In this document: positions 50,991 to 61,144 of the stretch, in pieces
How the letters are laid out: every line of letters begins with the position of its first letter
How positions within the stretch are numbered: position 1 is the stretch's first letter
DNA from: Candidatus Eiseniibacteriota bacterium
GTDB lineage: Bacteria; Arandabacterota; Arandabacteria; Arandabacterales; Arandabacteraceae
Direction: 5' to 3'
Assembly: GCA_043810925.1 (NCBI GenBank)
Contig: JBDRNT010000161.1
Location: forward strand, 64,001-128,000
DNA: 64,000 bases
Notes under the pieces: generated by a model
Seen by the model: the letters and a program-made list of their open reading frames with translations, nothing else
Told to the model about the DNA's origin: nothing
The model's database searches: none
Made by a program: the position numbers and the translations under genes

Positions 50991-53852
50991 TTAGTGTGCC
51001 GCTCCGACTTCTTCCCTGATTTCCCCGACTTCGATCTCGACTGCGTGGATGATGCTTTCGAGATCCATCTTGTCGACGACACGTAGGAATGCGTCGACAA
51101 CCCTCGGGTCGAATTGGCTGCCTGAACAGCGTTCGATTTCCTCGATGGCTCCCGCCATGGTTCGCTTGCGCTTGTACCATCTGTCGTGGATCATGGCGTC
51201 AAAGGAATCAGCCACGCAGAGGATGCGTGCACCGATCGGAATGTCGTCTCCACTCAGAGCATGCGGATAACCGAGTCCATCGTATCGCTCGTGATGATAC
51301 CGGATCATCTCCGCCACCTGCATCGATGAACCCGCGCACGAAGCGATCTCGGCACTTACATCGGGGTGGGTACGTTTGTATTCCTCTTCTTCGTACTCAT
51401 CCAGCCTTGCCGGCTTTCGAAGGACCTGGTTCGGCCACGAGACCTTACCGAGATCGTGACGAATCGCGGCCTCCTCTATTCTCTCGACGAAAGGCTCGCG
51501 CTTGCCCATCTCCCGGGCTATGGCCACTCCGATCTCGACCACACTCGCTGAATGGCCGCCCGTGTAGCGATCCTTCTCATCGACGGCCTTCGCGATCGCC
51601 CTTATGAGGCTATCCTGAGCTCTGAGGAGTTCATGCCGCCTGAGAAGCGCAAGATGACGCCAGAGCGTCGGGAAGAGGAAGAGCGGCAGCGCCGACCACA
51701 GCCCAAGCAGATTGTTACCGACGAGTATGGCATAACCGCATACGGCATATGTGAGAGGTTCCGGGAAGACTTTGAGATAGTTGCGCTGCCAGAGACGTGC
51801 CGTAGAGATTCCATCACGCGAAAGAAGCGCTGACTGGACGATAGTCTCCATCGCGTAGAAGACCCCCGTCGCAAGGACAAACGGGATCAACTGGGCCGCC
51901 GTTGCCTCAAGACCGAGCGTATCGGAAGCGTGGGTTCCAAACCGGTACACCAGCCAGGCGCCGCAACCCGCCAGCATGAGCACAAAGCCGTAGGCCGATG
52001 CAGTGGAAAGCCGGGCCCCCAGGGCTTTGCTCTTGATGACGCTGGTTATCCCTCCATTGCTATGGTCCCCGCTGACAATATAACCTGTGTCGGTATCTCC
52101 CCGGGCATGCTGACCGTTGCTACCATTGGCAGCTCCGTTAATCACTCCCACGGACGATGACAGGGCACGCTTGGGATCGAGCAGCATCGCCCAGCCTATC
52201 GCTGCAAATCCGAACATGACCGCATAGAGAGGGCCGCCGGCAAGCGACATCACGAGCACAACAGCAGACGAGGACGAAACATATGCGCCCCACGGGAGCC
52301 TGACAGGCTTAAGCGCTGCTAGTCCGAGCAAGAGCATGAAGAACAGGCTCCCCGCGGGGCTGCATGTGATCCGACTGGATACGAACCCGAGCGATCCGGA
52401 TATACTCAGATTGGTGAAGACAAGTAGTACTACCGCAGCCATTGCTACCATGCACGATCCGAGCACCATCGACCGTCGGTGTTTTCGATCACGGGGCAGC
52501 ACCAGAATGGGTTTGGTCTTGCCCTTATACAGACGTTGCTTGATATGCCGTCTGGATGGCGGGCCGAAACCCTTTGCGGCCTTGGCGGCAAGATCGTCCC
52601 TTCCCATCATCTCGAAGAGGAAGTAGACCACGGTTGCGTCAAGCGAATAGCCCTGGGCACGCGCGATCTCATCAAGGGCCTGGTCTTTCGAAAAGACCCG
52701 CCTGCGATGAGGGCGCTCGCTCGTCAGAGCAACATAAGCCTCCGCGACTTTGATAATTGCGGCCTCAAGCGGGATGTCATCGCCTTTGATACCCCTGGGA
52801 TAACCGGTCCCGTCGGGGCTCTCATGATGGCAACGTACGATGCCCGCGACCGGGCCCATTCCCACGACTTCTCTCAGAATCCGCATGCCGCTCTCGGGGT
52901 GCTCCTTTATCTCGTTCATCTCGTCTTCATTGAGCAAGGAACGCTTGAGCACCGTATCCCTGTCCACGGCGATATAGCCTACATTGTGGAGCATTGCGGC
53001 CTGCTCAAGCAGTTCGAAACTCCGGTAGGGCAGCCTCATCTTATGTGCAAGGGCGACGGAGAGCTCCACCACGCGCCGCGTTTCACCTTTGAGATGAGGC
53101 ATGTTGCCGTCCCGGGCGAGACGCAGTGCATCCACGAGGTGAACCACGGATGATTTGATGCGCACGTGATCACGCACCGTCAGGATGCCGATCAGGCCGA
53201 TCCCGACCAATATGCCAATGAGGAGAAATCCACCCTCAAGAAAGAACAGAGCAAGCAGGTACGCCCCGAGCGGCGTGCTCCAGGACACCAGCGCCCCCCA
53301 CCCGAAATTCGCGCGCCACACTTCGAAGGGATTCCGGCCATCGCGCAACCAGATCGCTGTGGAGAGCACGACGGTAGTTGTCGAAAAATACGCTGCATGA
53401 GCAGCTATAAGTCTCAGGAAGACCCCACGGTCCATTCCGGCACTGATAGCCCCCGTTTCAAGACTTGGGCCCCAAAGTATGTACCCCGCAGCAAGTAGGC
53501 AAAAAGCATGTTTCGCCGAATTGACGAGTACACGCTGGACATCCGCTCCAGGGCTTCGAGTGCGAGATGAGAGAGTGGCTATAATCCCGATTAGCCAGCT
53601 CGCAATGACAGAAGCACCCGTTCCGTACAGGACCAGCATCGTGATTAGCGGCAACGGACTGATATTCAGCGCACCGACGCCTGCCATTCCCCTAACTGGG
53701 AGAACTATGACCACGACAGCAAGAGCAAGCCAGAGAATGGCGCTGGGGGAATCACGGAATGTGCTGAGTGCACTTGGTAAGATGGGGATGACGACTGCGG
53801 TAGCGGCAAACCCCAAGACCAATGCGAATATCCAAAACTTCTTGTTGGTCAA
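50991..53852 (-). CDS. Double [membrane sensor + HD-GYP] protein; first HD-GYP degenerate, second intact (putative cyclic-dinucleotide phosphodiesterase)
   Basis: Domain 1 LHNVG/HHE..GYP/VAEAY; domain 2 GHS/RHDLGK/HHERYDGLGYP/VADSFDAM; each preceded by a multi-TM block; TTG 53852 after GAGGAGG. Confidence 0.88.
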   Translation of the reverse strand: MTNKKFWIFALVLGFAATAVVIPILPSALSTFRDSPSAILWLALAVVVIVLPVRGMAGVGALNISPLPLITMLVLYGTGASVIASWLIGIIATLSSRTRSPGADVQRVLVNSAKHAFCLLAAGYILWGPSLETGAISAGMDRGVFLRLIAAHAAYFSTTTVVLSTAIWLRDGRNPFEVWRANFGWGALVSWSTPLGAYLLALFFLEGGFLLIGILVGIGLIGILTVRDHVRIKSSVVHLVDALRLARDGNMPHLKGETRRVVELSVALAHKMRLPYRSFELLEQAAMLHNVGYIAVDRDTVLKRSLLNEDEMNEIKEHPESGMRILREVVGMGPVAGIVRCHHESPDGTGYPRGIKGDDIPLEAAIIKVAEAYVALTSERPHRRRVFSKDQALDEIARAQGYSLDATVVYFLFEMMGRDDLAAKAAKGFGPPSRRHIKQRLYKGKTKPILVLPRDRKHRRSMVLGSCMVAMAAVVLLVFTNLSISGSLGFVSSRITCSPAGSLFFMLLLGLAALKPVRLPWGAYVSSSSAVVLVMSLAGGPLYAVMFGFAAIGWAMLLDPKRALSSSVGVINGAANGSNGQHARGDTDTGYIVSGDHSNGGITSVIKSKALGARLSTASAYGFVLMLAGCGAWLVYRFGTHASDTLGLEATAAQLIPFVLATGVFYAMETIVQSALLSRDGISTARLWQRNYLKVFPEPLTYAVCGYAILVGNNLLGLWSALPLFLFPTLWRHLALLRRHELLRAQDSLIRAIAKAVDEKDRYTGGHSASVVEIGVAIAREMGKREPFVERIEEAAIRHDLGKVSWPNQVLRKPARLDEYEEEEYKRTHPDVSAEIASCAGSSMQVAEMIRYHHERYDGLGYPHALSGDDIPIGARILCVADSFDAMIHDRWYKRKRTMAGAIEEIERCSGSQFDPRVVDAFLRVVDKMDLESIIHAVEIEVGEIREEVGAAH

Positions 53853-53898
53853 CCAGACTCCTCCTCGGACTATGCACAACTTGCCGGTGAAAGGATAC

Positions 53899-53913
53899 GC
53901 AAGCTATGTGCCA
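53899..53913 (-). promoter_or_regulatory. sigma54 (-24/-12) promoter
   Basis: TGGCACATAGCTTGC, near consensus, 46 nt upstream of the HD-GYP start. Confidence 0.75.
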
Positions 53914-54001
53914 GGATGCGGTATTCAGCTCGGGTTAACTGCTTGCCCGCAAAGGGATTGCCGACTGCAAATCGGGGGACAAACGAAGAACGGGCCTCAG
54001 C

Positions 54002-54030
54002 CCGTTGCAAAATGCGAAAACCGTTGCAAA
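54002..54030. promoter_or_regulatory. Candidate enhancer (bEBP) sites
   Basis: Direct repeat CCGTTGCAAA at 54002 and 54021, about 90-120 bp upstream of the sigma54 site. Confidence 0.45.
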
Positions 54031-54032
54031 TA

Positions 54033-54060
54033 GCAAAAAGGCGCTAGAGCGCCTCCTTGC
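54033..54060 (-). terminator. Intrinsic terminator after the small peptide gene
   Basis: AGGCGC-TCTA-GCGCCT followed by TTTT on minus strand. Confidence 0.7.
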
Positions 54061-54091
54061 AGAACAGTTCTTACTTCTGGGCTACCCTAGA

Positions 54092-54151
54092 CTAGAGTTC
54101 ACCATCCCAGAAGCCCAGCCAAACGATAATCCAACTGATAAATCCTAACAT
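54092..54151 (-). CDS. 19-aa hydrophobic Trp-rich peptide MLGFISWIIVWLGFWDGEL
   Basis: AAGGAGG SD 8 nt before ATG; own promoter and terminator; below the ORF-track size cutoff. Confidence 0.7.
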   Translation of the reverse strand: MLGFISWIIVWLGFWDGEL

Positions 54152-54190
54152 CTTCGGATCCTCCTTACTGTACTTCTTGCGCGCAACAGT

Positions 54191-54219
54191 AGTGTATCAA
54201 CTTCCTTGGTTTATGTCAA
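54191..54219 (-). promoter_or_regulatory. sigma70 promoter for the small peptide gene
   Basis: TTGACA-N17-TACACT with extended -10 TG. Confidence 0.75.
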
Positions 54220-54449
54220 GCTCTTTTTTGCGCTTATTAACACGCCGGCCGGGCGACCTCGGAGGATGTTATGATATTAGTAACTACGTGCAGTTAAACA
54301 CGTTAAGCGGATATGCCGACAGGTTGCCCCTCGGCAGTGTGGTGAAAATCGCTGTCCCGGGTTGGCCGGAACCGCTGGCAGTAGTCAAGAACTCACACTG
54401 ATTCGGCCACGACTGGAAACTTAGTCTTGGGAGGGGCCGGCTGCTGATC

Positions 54450-57400
54450 TCAGTTCAACCAGTCGCGACAGAGGAGCTCGGCTTGCTCCAGAACCGTATG
54501 CGTCGCCTTCTCCTGTTTGTCGGGCGGATAGCCGTACTTGCGTAGGACTCGCTTCACCATGATCCTCAGTTTCGCGCGGCTGCTCTCCTTGAGTGTCCAA
54601 TCTATGGAGACATTCTTCCGGACAGTCTCTACAAGCTCCCGGGCAATCGTCAGCAGTACTTTATCACCCAGCACCTTAACGGCACTATCATTCGTCTCAA
54701 GGGCGTCATAAAACGCTATCTCTTCATCCGTTAGACCTAGATCCTCACCCCGGCGGCTTGCCTCCCGCATCTCTTTCGCAAGAGCGATCAACTGCTCAAT
54801 GACCTGGGATGTCTCAATTGCACGGTTCTGGTACGCGCGAATCGAACGCTCCAGCATCTCCGCAAATGACCGTGACTGTACAAGATTCTTGCGTGCGCGC
54901 GTCTTGATCTCATTATTGAGTAGCTTCCGCAGGAGTTCGATCGCCAGGTTCTTCTGCGGAAGGCTTCGAACATCAGCGAGGAATTCCTCCGACAAGATCG
55001 AGATGTCCGGTTTCTTCAGCCCCGCCTCTGCAAAGATGTCGACCACCTGGTCAGATGCTATTGCCTTGGATACAAGCTGGCGGACTGCCTGTTCAAGGAT
55101 CTCTTCCGGTTTCTGTGTCACCGTAGCCGCTTTCGCCAGGGCGGCACGAACAGTCTGGAAAAAGGCCACGTCATCACGTATCTTCGCAGTTTTCTCATGC
55201 GGAACAGATAGGGCGAAGGCCTGAGAAAGCTCGGTCACGAACTTAAGGCACCTGTCCTTGCCCCCCTCCTGAGCAAGGATATGCTCCTGTGCTGCCGGGA
55301 GCAGCGTCAGCCGCTCCACAGGAGTTCCCATCTTCCAGAGCGACCAGTCGAAGCCATGGAAGAGATCACAGCATATCTCGTATTTCTCAAGCATGACGGC
55401 CACCGCCTCCGCCTGGTCGATCGCGGTGCTGCCCCTGCCCCCGCTCTCGGTATAATGGGCGAGGGCCTGCCTGAGGTTGTCTGCAAGTCCCAGGTAGTCC
55501 ACGACCAGCCCACCGGGTTTATCAAGGAAGACCCGATTCACCCTTGCGATCGCCTGCATCAGGCCATGTCTTCGCATGGGCTTATCGACATACATTGTGT
55601 GGAGACAGGGAGCATTGAATCCCGTGAGCCACATGTCACGGACAATCACGATCTTCATGGAATCGTCCGGATCTCTGAATCGATCGGCCAGCTTCTCCCG
55701 GCGCGCCTTGTTTCGAATATGCTGCTGCCACTCAAGCGGGTCCGAGGCGGAACCAGTCATCACTACTTTAATAGCCCCCTGTGTATCATCTTCAGTGTGC
55801 CAGGCGGGCCGCAGCCTCACGATCGCATCGTAGAGATCAACACATATACGGCGGCTCATGCAAACCACCATTGCCTTCCCATCCATGACCTCAAGCCGCC
55901 CCTCGAAGTGATCGATAAGGTCCTGTGCAATGAGCCTGATTCGTTTCTCGGTGCCTACCACTGCTTCCAGTGCAGCCCACTTCGTCTTGAGCCTCTCCCT
56001 GCGTTCAACCTCTTCCCCCTCGGTTATCTCCTCGAATTCCTCATCGAGATGGGGCTTTTCGGTTTCCTTGAGTTCAAGCTTCGCAAGCCGACTTTCGTAG
56101 TAGATGGGCACAGTGGCGCCATCCTCAACAGCCCGTTGTATATCATAGATGTTGATGTAATCACCGAAGACGGCTCTGGTGTTCTTATCTCTAAGCTCTA
56201 TTGGAGTCCCCGTAAACCCAATGAACGAGGCATTCGGAAGAGCATCGCGCATGTGTCGGGCGAACCCGTCGATGAAGTCGTACTGGCTCCGATGGGCCTC
56301 GTCGGCGATGACTACTATGTTGCTCCGATCCGAGAGCCTGGGGAAAGCATCACGCCTTTGCTCAGGGAGAAACTTCTGGATGGTCGTAAACACGACTCCT
56401 CCCGAGGCTACCTTGAGAAGTTCACGAAGTTCGGCACGATCAGCAGCCTGGACGGGCTTCTGACGTAAGATTTCATGGCAGCCACAGAAGGTGTCGAACA
56501 ACTGGTCGTCGAGATCGTTGCGATCGGTTATTACTACTACTGTTGGATTCTCCATCGCCGGGTGGAGGATAATCCGCCCGGCATAGAAAGCCATCGTGAG
56601 GCTCTTACCCGATCCCTGAGTGTGCCAGATGACACCTGCCCGCCTGTCGGCAACCCGATAGGCAGCCCGTGCCTCAGCCGCAATGATGGCTTCGTCCCGT
56701 TGCCCGTGTAGCGATACTGACCCAGCCACGCCTTCCGAGACTCCGCAGGCTCGAAGTGTGGATTCGACCGCCAGGTTGACCGCATGGAATTGATGGTAAC
56801 CGGCTGTCTTCTTGACGGGCAGCCCCCCGGCTTCTTCTTCAAACACAATGAAGTACCTGAAAAGATCAAGCAGGCGCTGCTTGTTGAACATCCCCTTGAT
56901 GAGCACTTCAAGCCGCGGCATAGAGACCGGAGCCACATCTTCCCCCTCGATTGTCCGCCAGGGGAGATACCACTCCCTGTTCGCCGTAAGCGAACCGAAA
57001 CGAGCCTCGAGGCCATCCGAGACGACGAGCACTTCGTTAAAGCCGAAGAGTGAGGGGATCTCCTGCTTATATGTCTGAAGCTGTTTGAGTGCAGTCCAGA
57101 TAGTGGCGTTCTCATCAGCTGGGTTTTTAAGTTCAATGGTTACAATAGGAAACCCGTTGAGGAAGAGCACGATGTCCGGGCGCCGGTTGTGCCGGTCTTC
57201 GATAACCGTAAATTGGTTGACGGCCAGCCAGTCGTTGTTGTTGGCATCCTCAAAGTCTACGAGCGTCGCCTTGTCGTGGACGATCCGGCCATCGGATCGA
57301 TACTCCACATCGATACTGTTTACGAGCATTCTGTGAAAGGTGCGGTTGTTCTGGATGAGTGAGGCTGACTCCGCGCGTGTGACCTTGCGAAAGGCCTCAT

Positions 57401-57602
57401 CAAGTGCCGCTGCCGGGATCTCTGGGTTCAGGCGAGCAAGCGCATCCTTAAGCCTAGTGGGAAGAAACGGCTCCTCGTAGCTCTCCCGCTCGGCCAGAAG
57501 CTCCCCTGGGGCAATCTCCGGACCATGAAGGATGGAGTATCCCAGGCTTTCAAGCCATGAGAGGGCCGCCTCCTCAACCGTTGATTCCCATAGATGGCTC
57601 AC
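54450..57602 (-). CDS. hsdR: Type I restriction enzyme subunit R
   Basis: RPDIVLF..IELK nuclease, [34 protein letters not shown]. Confidence 0.96.
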   Translation of the reverse strand: MSHLWESTVEEAALSWLESLGYSILHGPEIAPGELLAERESYEEPFLPTRLKDALARLNPEIPAAALDEAFRKVTRAESASLIQNNRTFHRMLVNSIDVEYRSDGRIVHDKATLVDFEDANNNDWLAVNQFTVIEDRHNRRPDIVLFLNGFPIVTIELKNPADENATIWTALKQLQTYKQEIPSLFGFNEVLVVSDGLEARFGSLTANREWYLPWRTIEGEDVAPVSMPRLEVLIKGMFNKQRLLDLFRYFIVFEEEAGGLPVKKTAGYHQFHAVNLAVESTLRACGVSEGVAGSVSLHGQRDEAIIAAEARAAYRVADRRAGVIWHTQGSGKSLTMAFYAGRIILHPAMENPTVVVITDRNDLDDQLFDTFCGCHEILRQKPVQAADRAELRELLKVASGGVVFTTIQKFLPEQRRDAFPRLSDRSNIVVIADEAHRSQYDFIDGFARHMRDALPNASFIGFTGTPIELRDKNTRAVFGDYINIYDIQRAVEDGATVPIYYESRLAKLELKETEKPHLDEEFEEITEGEEVERRERLKTKWAALEAVVGTEKRIRLIAQDLIDHFEGRLEVMDGKAMVVCMSRRICVDLYDAIVRLRPAWHTEDDTQGAIKVVMTGSASDPLEWQQHIRNKARREKLADRFRDPDDSMKIVIVRDMWLTGFNAPCLHTMYVDKPMRRHGLMQAIARVNRVFLDKPGGLVVDYLGLADNLRQALAHYTESGGRGSTAIDQAEAVAVMLEKYEICCDLFHGFDWSLWKMGTPVERLTLLPAAQEHILAQEGGKDRCLKFVTELSQAFALSVPHEKTAKIRDDVAFFQTVRAALAKAATVTQKPEEILEQAVRQLVSKAIASDQVVDIFAEAGLKKPDISILSEEFLADVRSLPQKNLAIELLRKLLNNEIKTRARKNLVQSRSFAEMLERSIRAYQNRAIETSQVIEQLIALAKEMREASRRGEDLGLTDEEIAFYDALETNDSAVKVLGDKVLLTIARELVETVRKNVSIDWTLKESSRAKLRIMVKRVLRKYGYPPDKQEKATHTVLEQAELLCRDWLN

Positions 57603-58309
57603 GGAGTGACCCCAACGTAAATGGTATGTATCCGAAATTTCTTCTTCTTGGCGCTGTCAAGCCCAAGCACGCTGTCTTGCATCTCCAACGCCTCTTTCCA
57701 ACCGTCTCGTTCCTTGGGACAGTCTGCATGCGGGTTCGTGTCGCCGCAGAAATATATGTAGAGAAGACACGCTGGGACTCCCTGGTATTCTAGGAAATGC
57801 AGCACCGCAAGGCGATTTGCGTATTGATAGTACTCCTTCAGCCAGTCGCGTGGCACCTCGATGCCTACTGCCTGCTGTGTTTGGTGGAGGGCCTTCTCAA
57901 TAGTCTCAAGTGAGCGAGGAGATTCAGCGCTGCAGCGACTCTTGAGCTCTCCTATATGAGCCTTTGCCTCCACCAGAAGCCAACGATCGACGCTATCACT
58001 TCGAATGCGGCCGACTGCATCCCAGTTGGGAGCGTTGCCGGTCTGGGGCCAGAAGGACTTCCATGCTGTGAAAACATCAGCGCATCGCTCCTGGCTCAGA
58101 AAATCTATGCCGGTGATCTCCTTATCAGGCAGCTTTATCTTAGTGGCATCTGCCGGATCGTACTTGCCGCTGTGTTTGAAATCCTTCCATTCGATTACCT
58201 GCCCACCAGTCTCTTGTTCGATCATCGTGTTCAGTTCGTTGCGGTAGCGTCCCATCCACCGCATCAGGTGAAACTCACTCCCATATCCGGCCCCAATGTG
58301 CGTGCTCAT
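57599..58309 (-). CDS. Hypothetical protein, putative PD-(D/E)xK nuclease fold
   Basis: WDAVG...LLVEAK spacing; stop overlaps the hsdR start (GTGA); start uncertain. Confidence 0.65.
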   Translation of the reverse strand: MSTHIGAGYGSEFHLMRWMGRYRNELNTMIEQETGGQVIEWKDFKHSGKYDPADATKIKLPDKEITGIDFLSQERCADVFTAWKSFWPQTGNAPNWDAVGRIRSDSVDRWLLVEAKAHIGELKSRCSAESPRSLETIEKALHQTQQAVGIEVPRDWLKEYYQYANRLAVLHFLEYQGVPACLLYIYFCGDTNPHADCPKERDGWKEALEMQDSVLGLDSAKKKKFRIHTIYVGVTP

Positions 58310-58313
58310 AGAA

Positions 58314-59528
58314 TCACCCAACCTCCTTCATAATCTTCTTCGCTCGATCAACCCGAATCTCGCCGGAAATCAACTTCGGTAACAGCGCATCCCTCACGGA
58401 TCCCAACCGCCTGGATTCGTGAGCGGTGGCGATTATCCTAGCCATCAACGGATACACGAGCTGGCTGAACGCTTCTGCCAGTGCTCGCGGCGGGATGGCG
58501 ATCCGATAGCGTCTCATGTCCTGCCACTTCGTGCGCGGCATCTTGGTTCCCGTTGAACACATAGCGGTGTAATTCACGAAAGCGTCACTCGACACTATTC
58601 CAAGCACGAATCCACGCCACTGGTTTGCCTTCGGTACGATCACAAGAATATCAGTTGAGCAAATACCGTCAATCGCTGCGATCCCGACCTTGTGGAAATA
58701 GGGACGGAGTTTCCCGAAAAGAACCTCCCCCCTCCTGAACAGAAATTTGCCGCTCGCGAGCTCTTCCGCGCATCCCCACTCGGACAGAGCCCAAGCCCGA
58801 CGCGGCATGTGTTCCAGACCGATATATGGCGTTTTCTCATGAAGATCATCGGGGCGGACCGTCCGTCGTAGATTAGCCCCAATGTCGTCAAGCACACCGG
58901 CAACCCAGCCGCGCGGAATCTTCCCGAGCCCCGAGTCTTGGAAGGAATCCGGAAACAGATCGGCGATGTGTTTTGGAAGGCCGGGATCGCGGCCTTCGGC
59001 TTTGGCGCGTACAGGATCGAAGTCCACAAACCACGATTTGAAGATCGCCCGCGCCATCGCCTCAAGCGTTTCGTTCATTCGCCGGTTAAGCTCAATCTTA
59101 TCATCCAGGCTTCCCAGTATGCGCGTGATAGCGCGCTGCTCCTTCAGAGGTGGAATCGGCGCGGGGATCATGCTGAGCGTTGATTGATTAAGAAGCGGTT
59201 GGCCAGAACCTCCTCTCCATTGATTAAGTTGGAGAGTCCAAAGAAGATAAAAGAGGTAGCGGGGTGAGTTATCGTTTAATGCTACTGCACGAATTGCATT
59301 GTCAGTTACCCAACATGTTGGATGGCTAAAATGGAGCGACCCACAGTAGCTACCTACGCGACCGATGACAATTGTGTCCGGACCGGAGTTGGCCTCCCCT
59401 GCATAGCCTATGATGCCGTTCGAACCGTAGACAGGGTATGGCAACCCATCGGCGCGTTCTGGGTTGGATCTGCCATTAGAAAACGATAAGACCTCCCCAA
59501 GTGTTTTTTCTGTCCACTCACCCGCCAT
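58314..59528 (-). CDS. hsdS: Type I restriction enzyme specificity subunit S
   Basis: Two TRDs, PPLKEQRAI..LDDKIELNRRMNETLE central region, RDALLPKLISGE end; start MAGEW with GGAGG. Confidence 0.95.
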   Translation of the reverse strand: MAGEWTEKTLGEVLSFSNGRSNPERADGLPYPVYGSNGIIGYAGEANSGPDTIVIGRVGSYCGSLHFSHPTCWVTDNAIRAVALNDNSPRYLFYLLWTLQLNQWRGGSGQPLLNQSTLSMIPAPIPPLKEQRAITRILGSLDDKIELNRRMNETLEAMARAIFKSWFVDFDPVRAKAEGRDPGLPKHIADLFPDSFQDSGLGKIPRGWVAGVLDDIGANLRRTVRPDDLHEKTPYIGLEHMPRRAWALSEWGCAEELASGKFLFRRGEVLFGKLRPYFHKVGIAAIDGICSTDILVIVPKANQWRGFVLGIVSSDAFVNYTAMCSTGTKMPRTKWQDMRRYRIAIPPRALAEAFSQLVYPLMARIIATAHESRRLGSVRDALLPKLISGEIRVDRAKKIMKEVG

Positions 59529-59697
59529 AGCCGATGTCCTCCAGGTTTGCCCAGACGATCTCGTCCCGATACAGCCACTTGGCAGGGACCCGGGTATCAC
59601 TTCTACAACTGGCCGCAGCCAAACTCCTTCAGCTTGGCCCAGACAGCCCTACGATGCAAGTTCCTCCTCGGCCATCCCTTTATCAGCGTGCGCGGTA

Positions 59698-60900
59698 TCA
59701 CTTCTTATCCCTTTTCATATCAACGTTGCCCAGTTCCGCCTCCAGTTCCTCGATCGTAGGTAGGCTTCCCTTGAATTTCTTGGGTAGCGATTTCACGATC
59801 TTTGTCTTCCACTCAGCAACACCAATGGGCTTCTTCATGTCGCGCAACGCGTATTCGACCTGGAGCTTGTTCTTCGATCTGCACAGGATCAGGCCTATCG
59901 ACGGCATGTCATCCAGGTGCCGCAACTGATCGTCCACTGCCGATAAGTAGAAGTTCATCTTGCCTGCGTACTCTGGAATGAACGGTCCCATCTTGAGATC
60001 GATGACGACGAAGCAGCGTAGATTAAGATGGTAGAAGAGCAGATCGATATAGAAATCGTCCTCACCGACTTCCAAGTGTACCTGCCGCCCGGCAAACGCA
60101 AAACCGATGCCAAGCTCCAATAGGAAGCGCTGTATGTGATCCAAGAGACCCAGTTCAAGTTCCCGCTCTCGTGCTGCAGCATCCAGCGTCAGGAAGCCGA
60201 AGATATAGGGGTCCTTGAGTACCTGCGAAGCCAGGTCAGACTGGGGAGCAGGCAGTGTAGACTCGAAGTTCGTCAAGGCTTTGCCGTGCCTCCGGTAGAG
60301 GTCAGTTTCGATCTGGATACCGAGTACGCTGCGCGACCAGCCATGTTCGATGGTCTTTTGCGCATACCACATCCGCGCTTCGGGCTCTTTGACACGCTCT
60401 ACGAGGTCCGTATTGTGACGCCAGGGAATCTGGCCGAGCAGATCGAGCAGAACCAGTTTGCGGGATTGTCCCCCGGCGTGGGGGACAACTAGATCGGCCG
60501 TCTCTCCGACAGTGGGTGGGATAGTCCTCCCGGGTATTTGTCCCCCAGCCTGGGGGACGATTTGGTCAGCGTCTGGATATGCAAGGTGGAACGAGCGCAT
60601 GCGATAGATGTTGGTTCGGGAGAAGCCGGAGAGCTCAGGGAACTCCGTCTGGAGATCACCGGCCAATCGGTCTATTACCTTGGAACCCCAAGCCTCTGTT
60701 TGTTGGCGCTTAACGATCGCCCTTCCAATGTCCCAGTACATCCAGATGAGTTCGCGGTTGGCGGACAGCGCGGCCTTCACTTGCACAGTACGGATTTTCT
60801 CCTTCAGCCGGGCTAGAAATTCTGGATATGTCCGCGGTATAGGTAGATCCTTGGGCGTAATAGTTCCTTTCTCAGGTCTTGACCGTTTGCTAGAGCTCAT
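59698..60900 (-). CDS. yhcG: YhcG/DUF1016 PD-(D/E)xK nuclease-family protein
   Basis: YWDIG, WGSKVIDRLAGDL, KDPYIFGFL, LLELGIGFAF, YIDLLFYH..VVIDLK. Confidence 0.92.
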   Translation of the reverse strand: MSSSKRSRPEKGTITPKDLPIPRTYPEFLARLKEKIRTVQVKAALSANRELIWMYWDIGRAIVKRQQTEAWGSKVIDRLAGDLQTEFPELSGFSRTNIYRMRSFHLAYPDADQIVPQAGGQIPGRTIPPTVGETADLVVPHAGGQSRKLVLLDLLGQIPWRHNTDLVERVKEPEARMWYAQKTIEHGWSRSVLGIQIETDLYRRHGKALTNFESTLPAPQSDLASQVLKDPYIFGFLTLDAAARERELELGLLDHIQRFLLELGIGFAFAGRQVHLEVGEDDFYIDLLFYHLNLRCFVVIDLKMGPFIPEYAGKMNFYLSAVDDQLRHLDDMPSIGLILCRSKNKLQVEYALRDMKKPIGVAEWKTKIVKSLPKKFKGSLPTIEELEAELGNVDMKRDKK

Positions 60901-61144
60901 GATCCACCTCCTCGCCATCGTACCCTTCCCATGCACTTGATGCTCCAGATCGGAATCTCAAGCCGCTGCCCCACAATAAAATGTCCCACAGTCTGTGGGA
61001 CATTCTCCCAGCCCGATTCGCCAACAGGCCCATAGATACTCCCCACCCAGTCCAACAGGCAGTCGGAGTCTCAATCTACCCTCTAATTGTGCACGCAGTG
61101 GGTGCACTTTCCGCTCTGGGCAATCCCCGCACACCGGCTTCTCC

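Noticed and set aside
54092-54151. Trp attenuator leader peptide
   Set aside because: The Trp codons are not consecutive, the downstream genes are not trp genes, and they have their own sigma54-type promoter.
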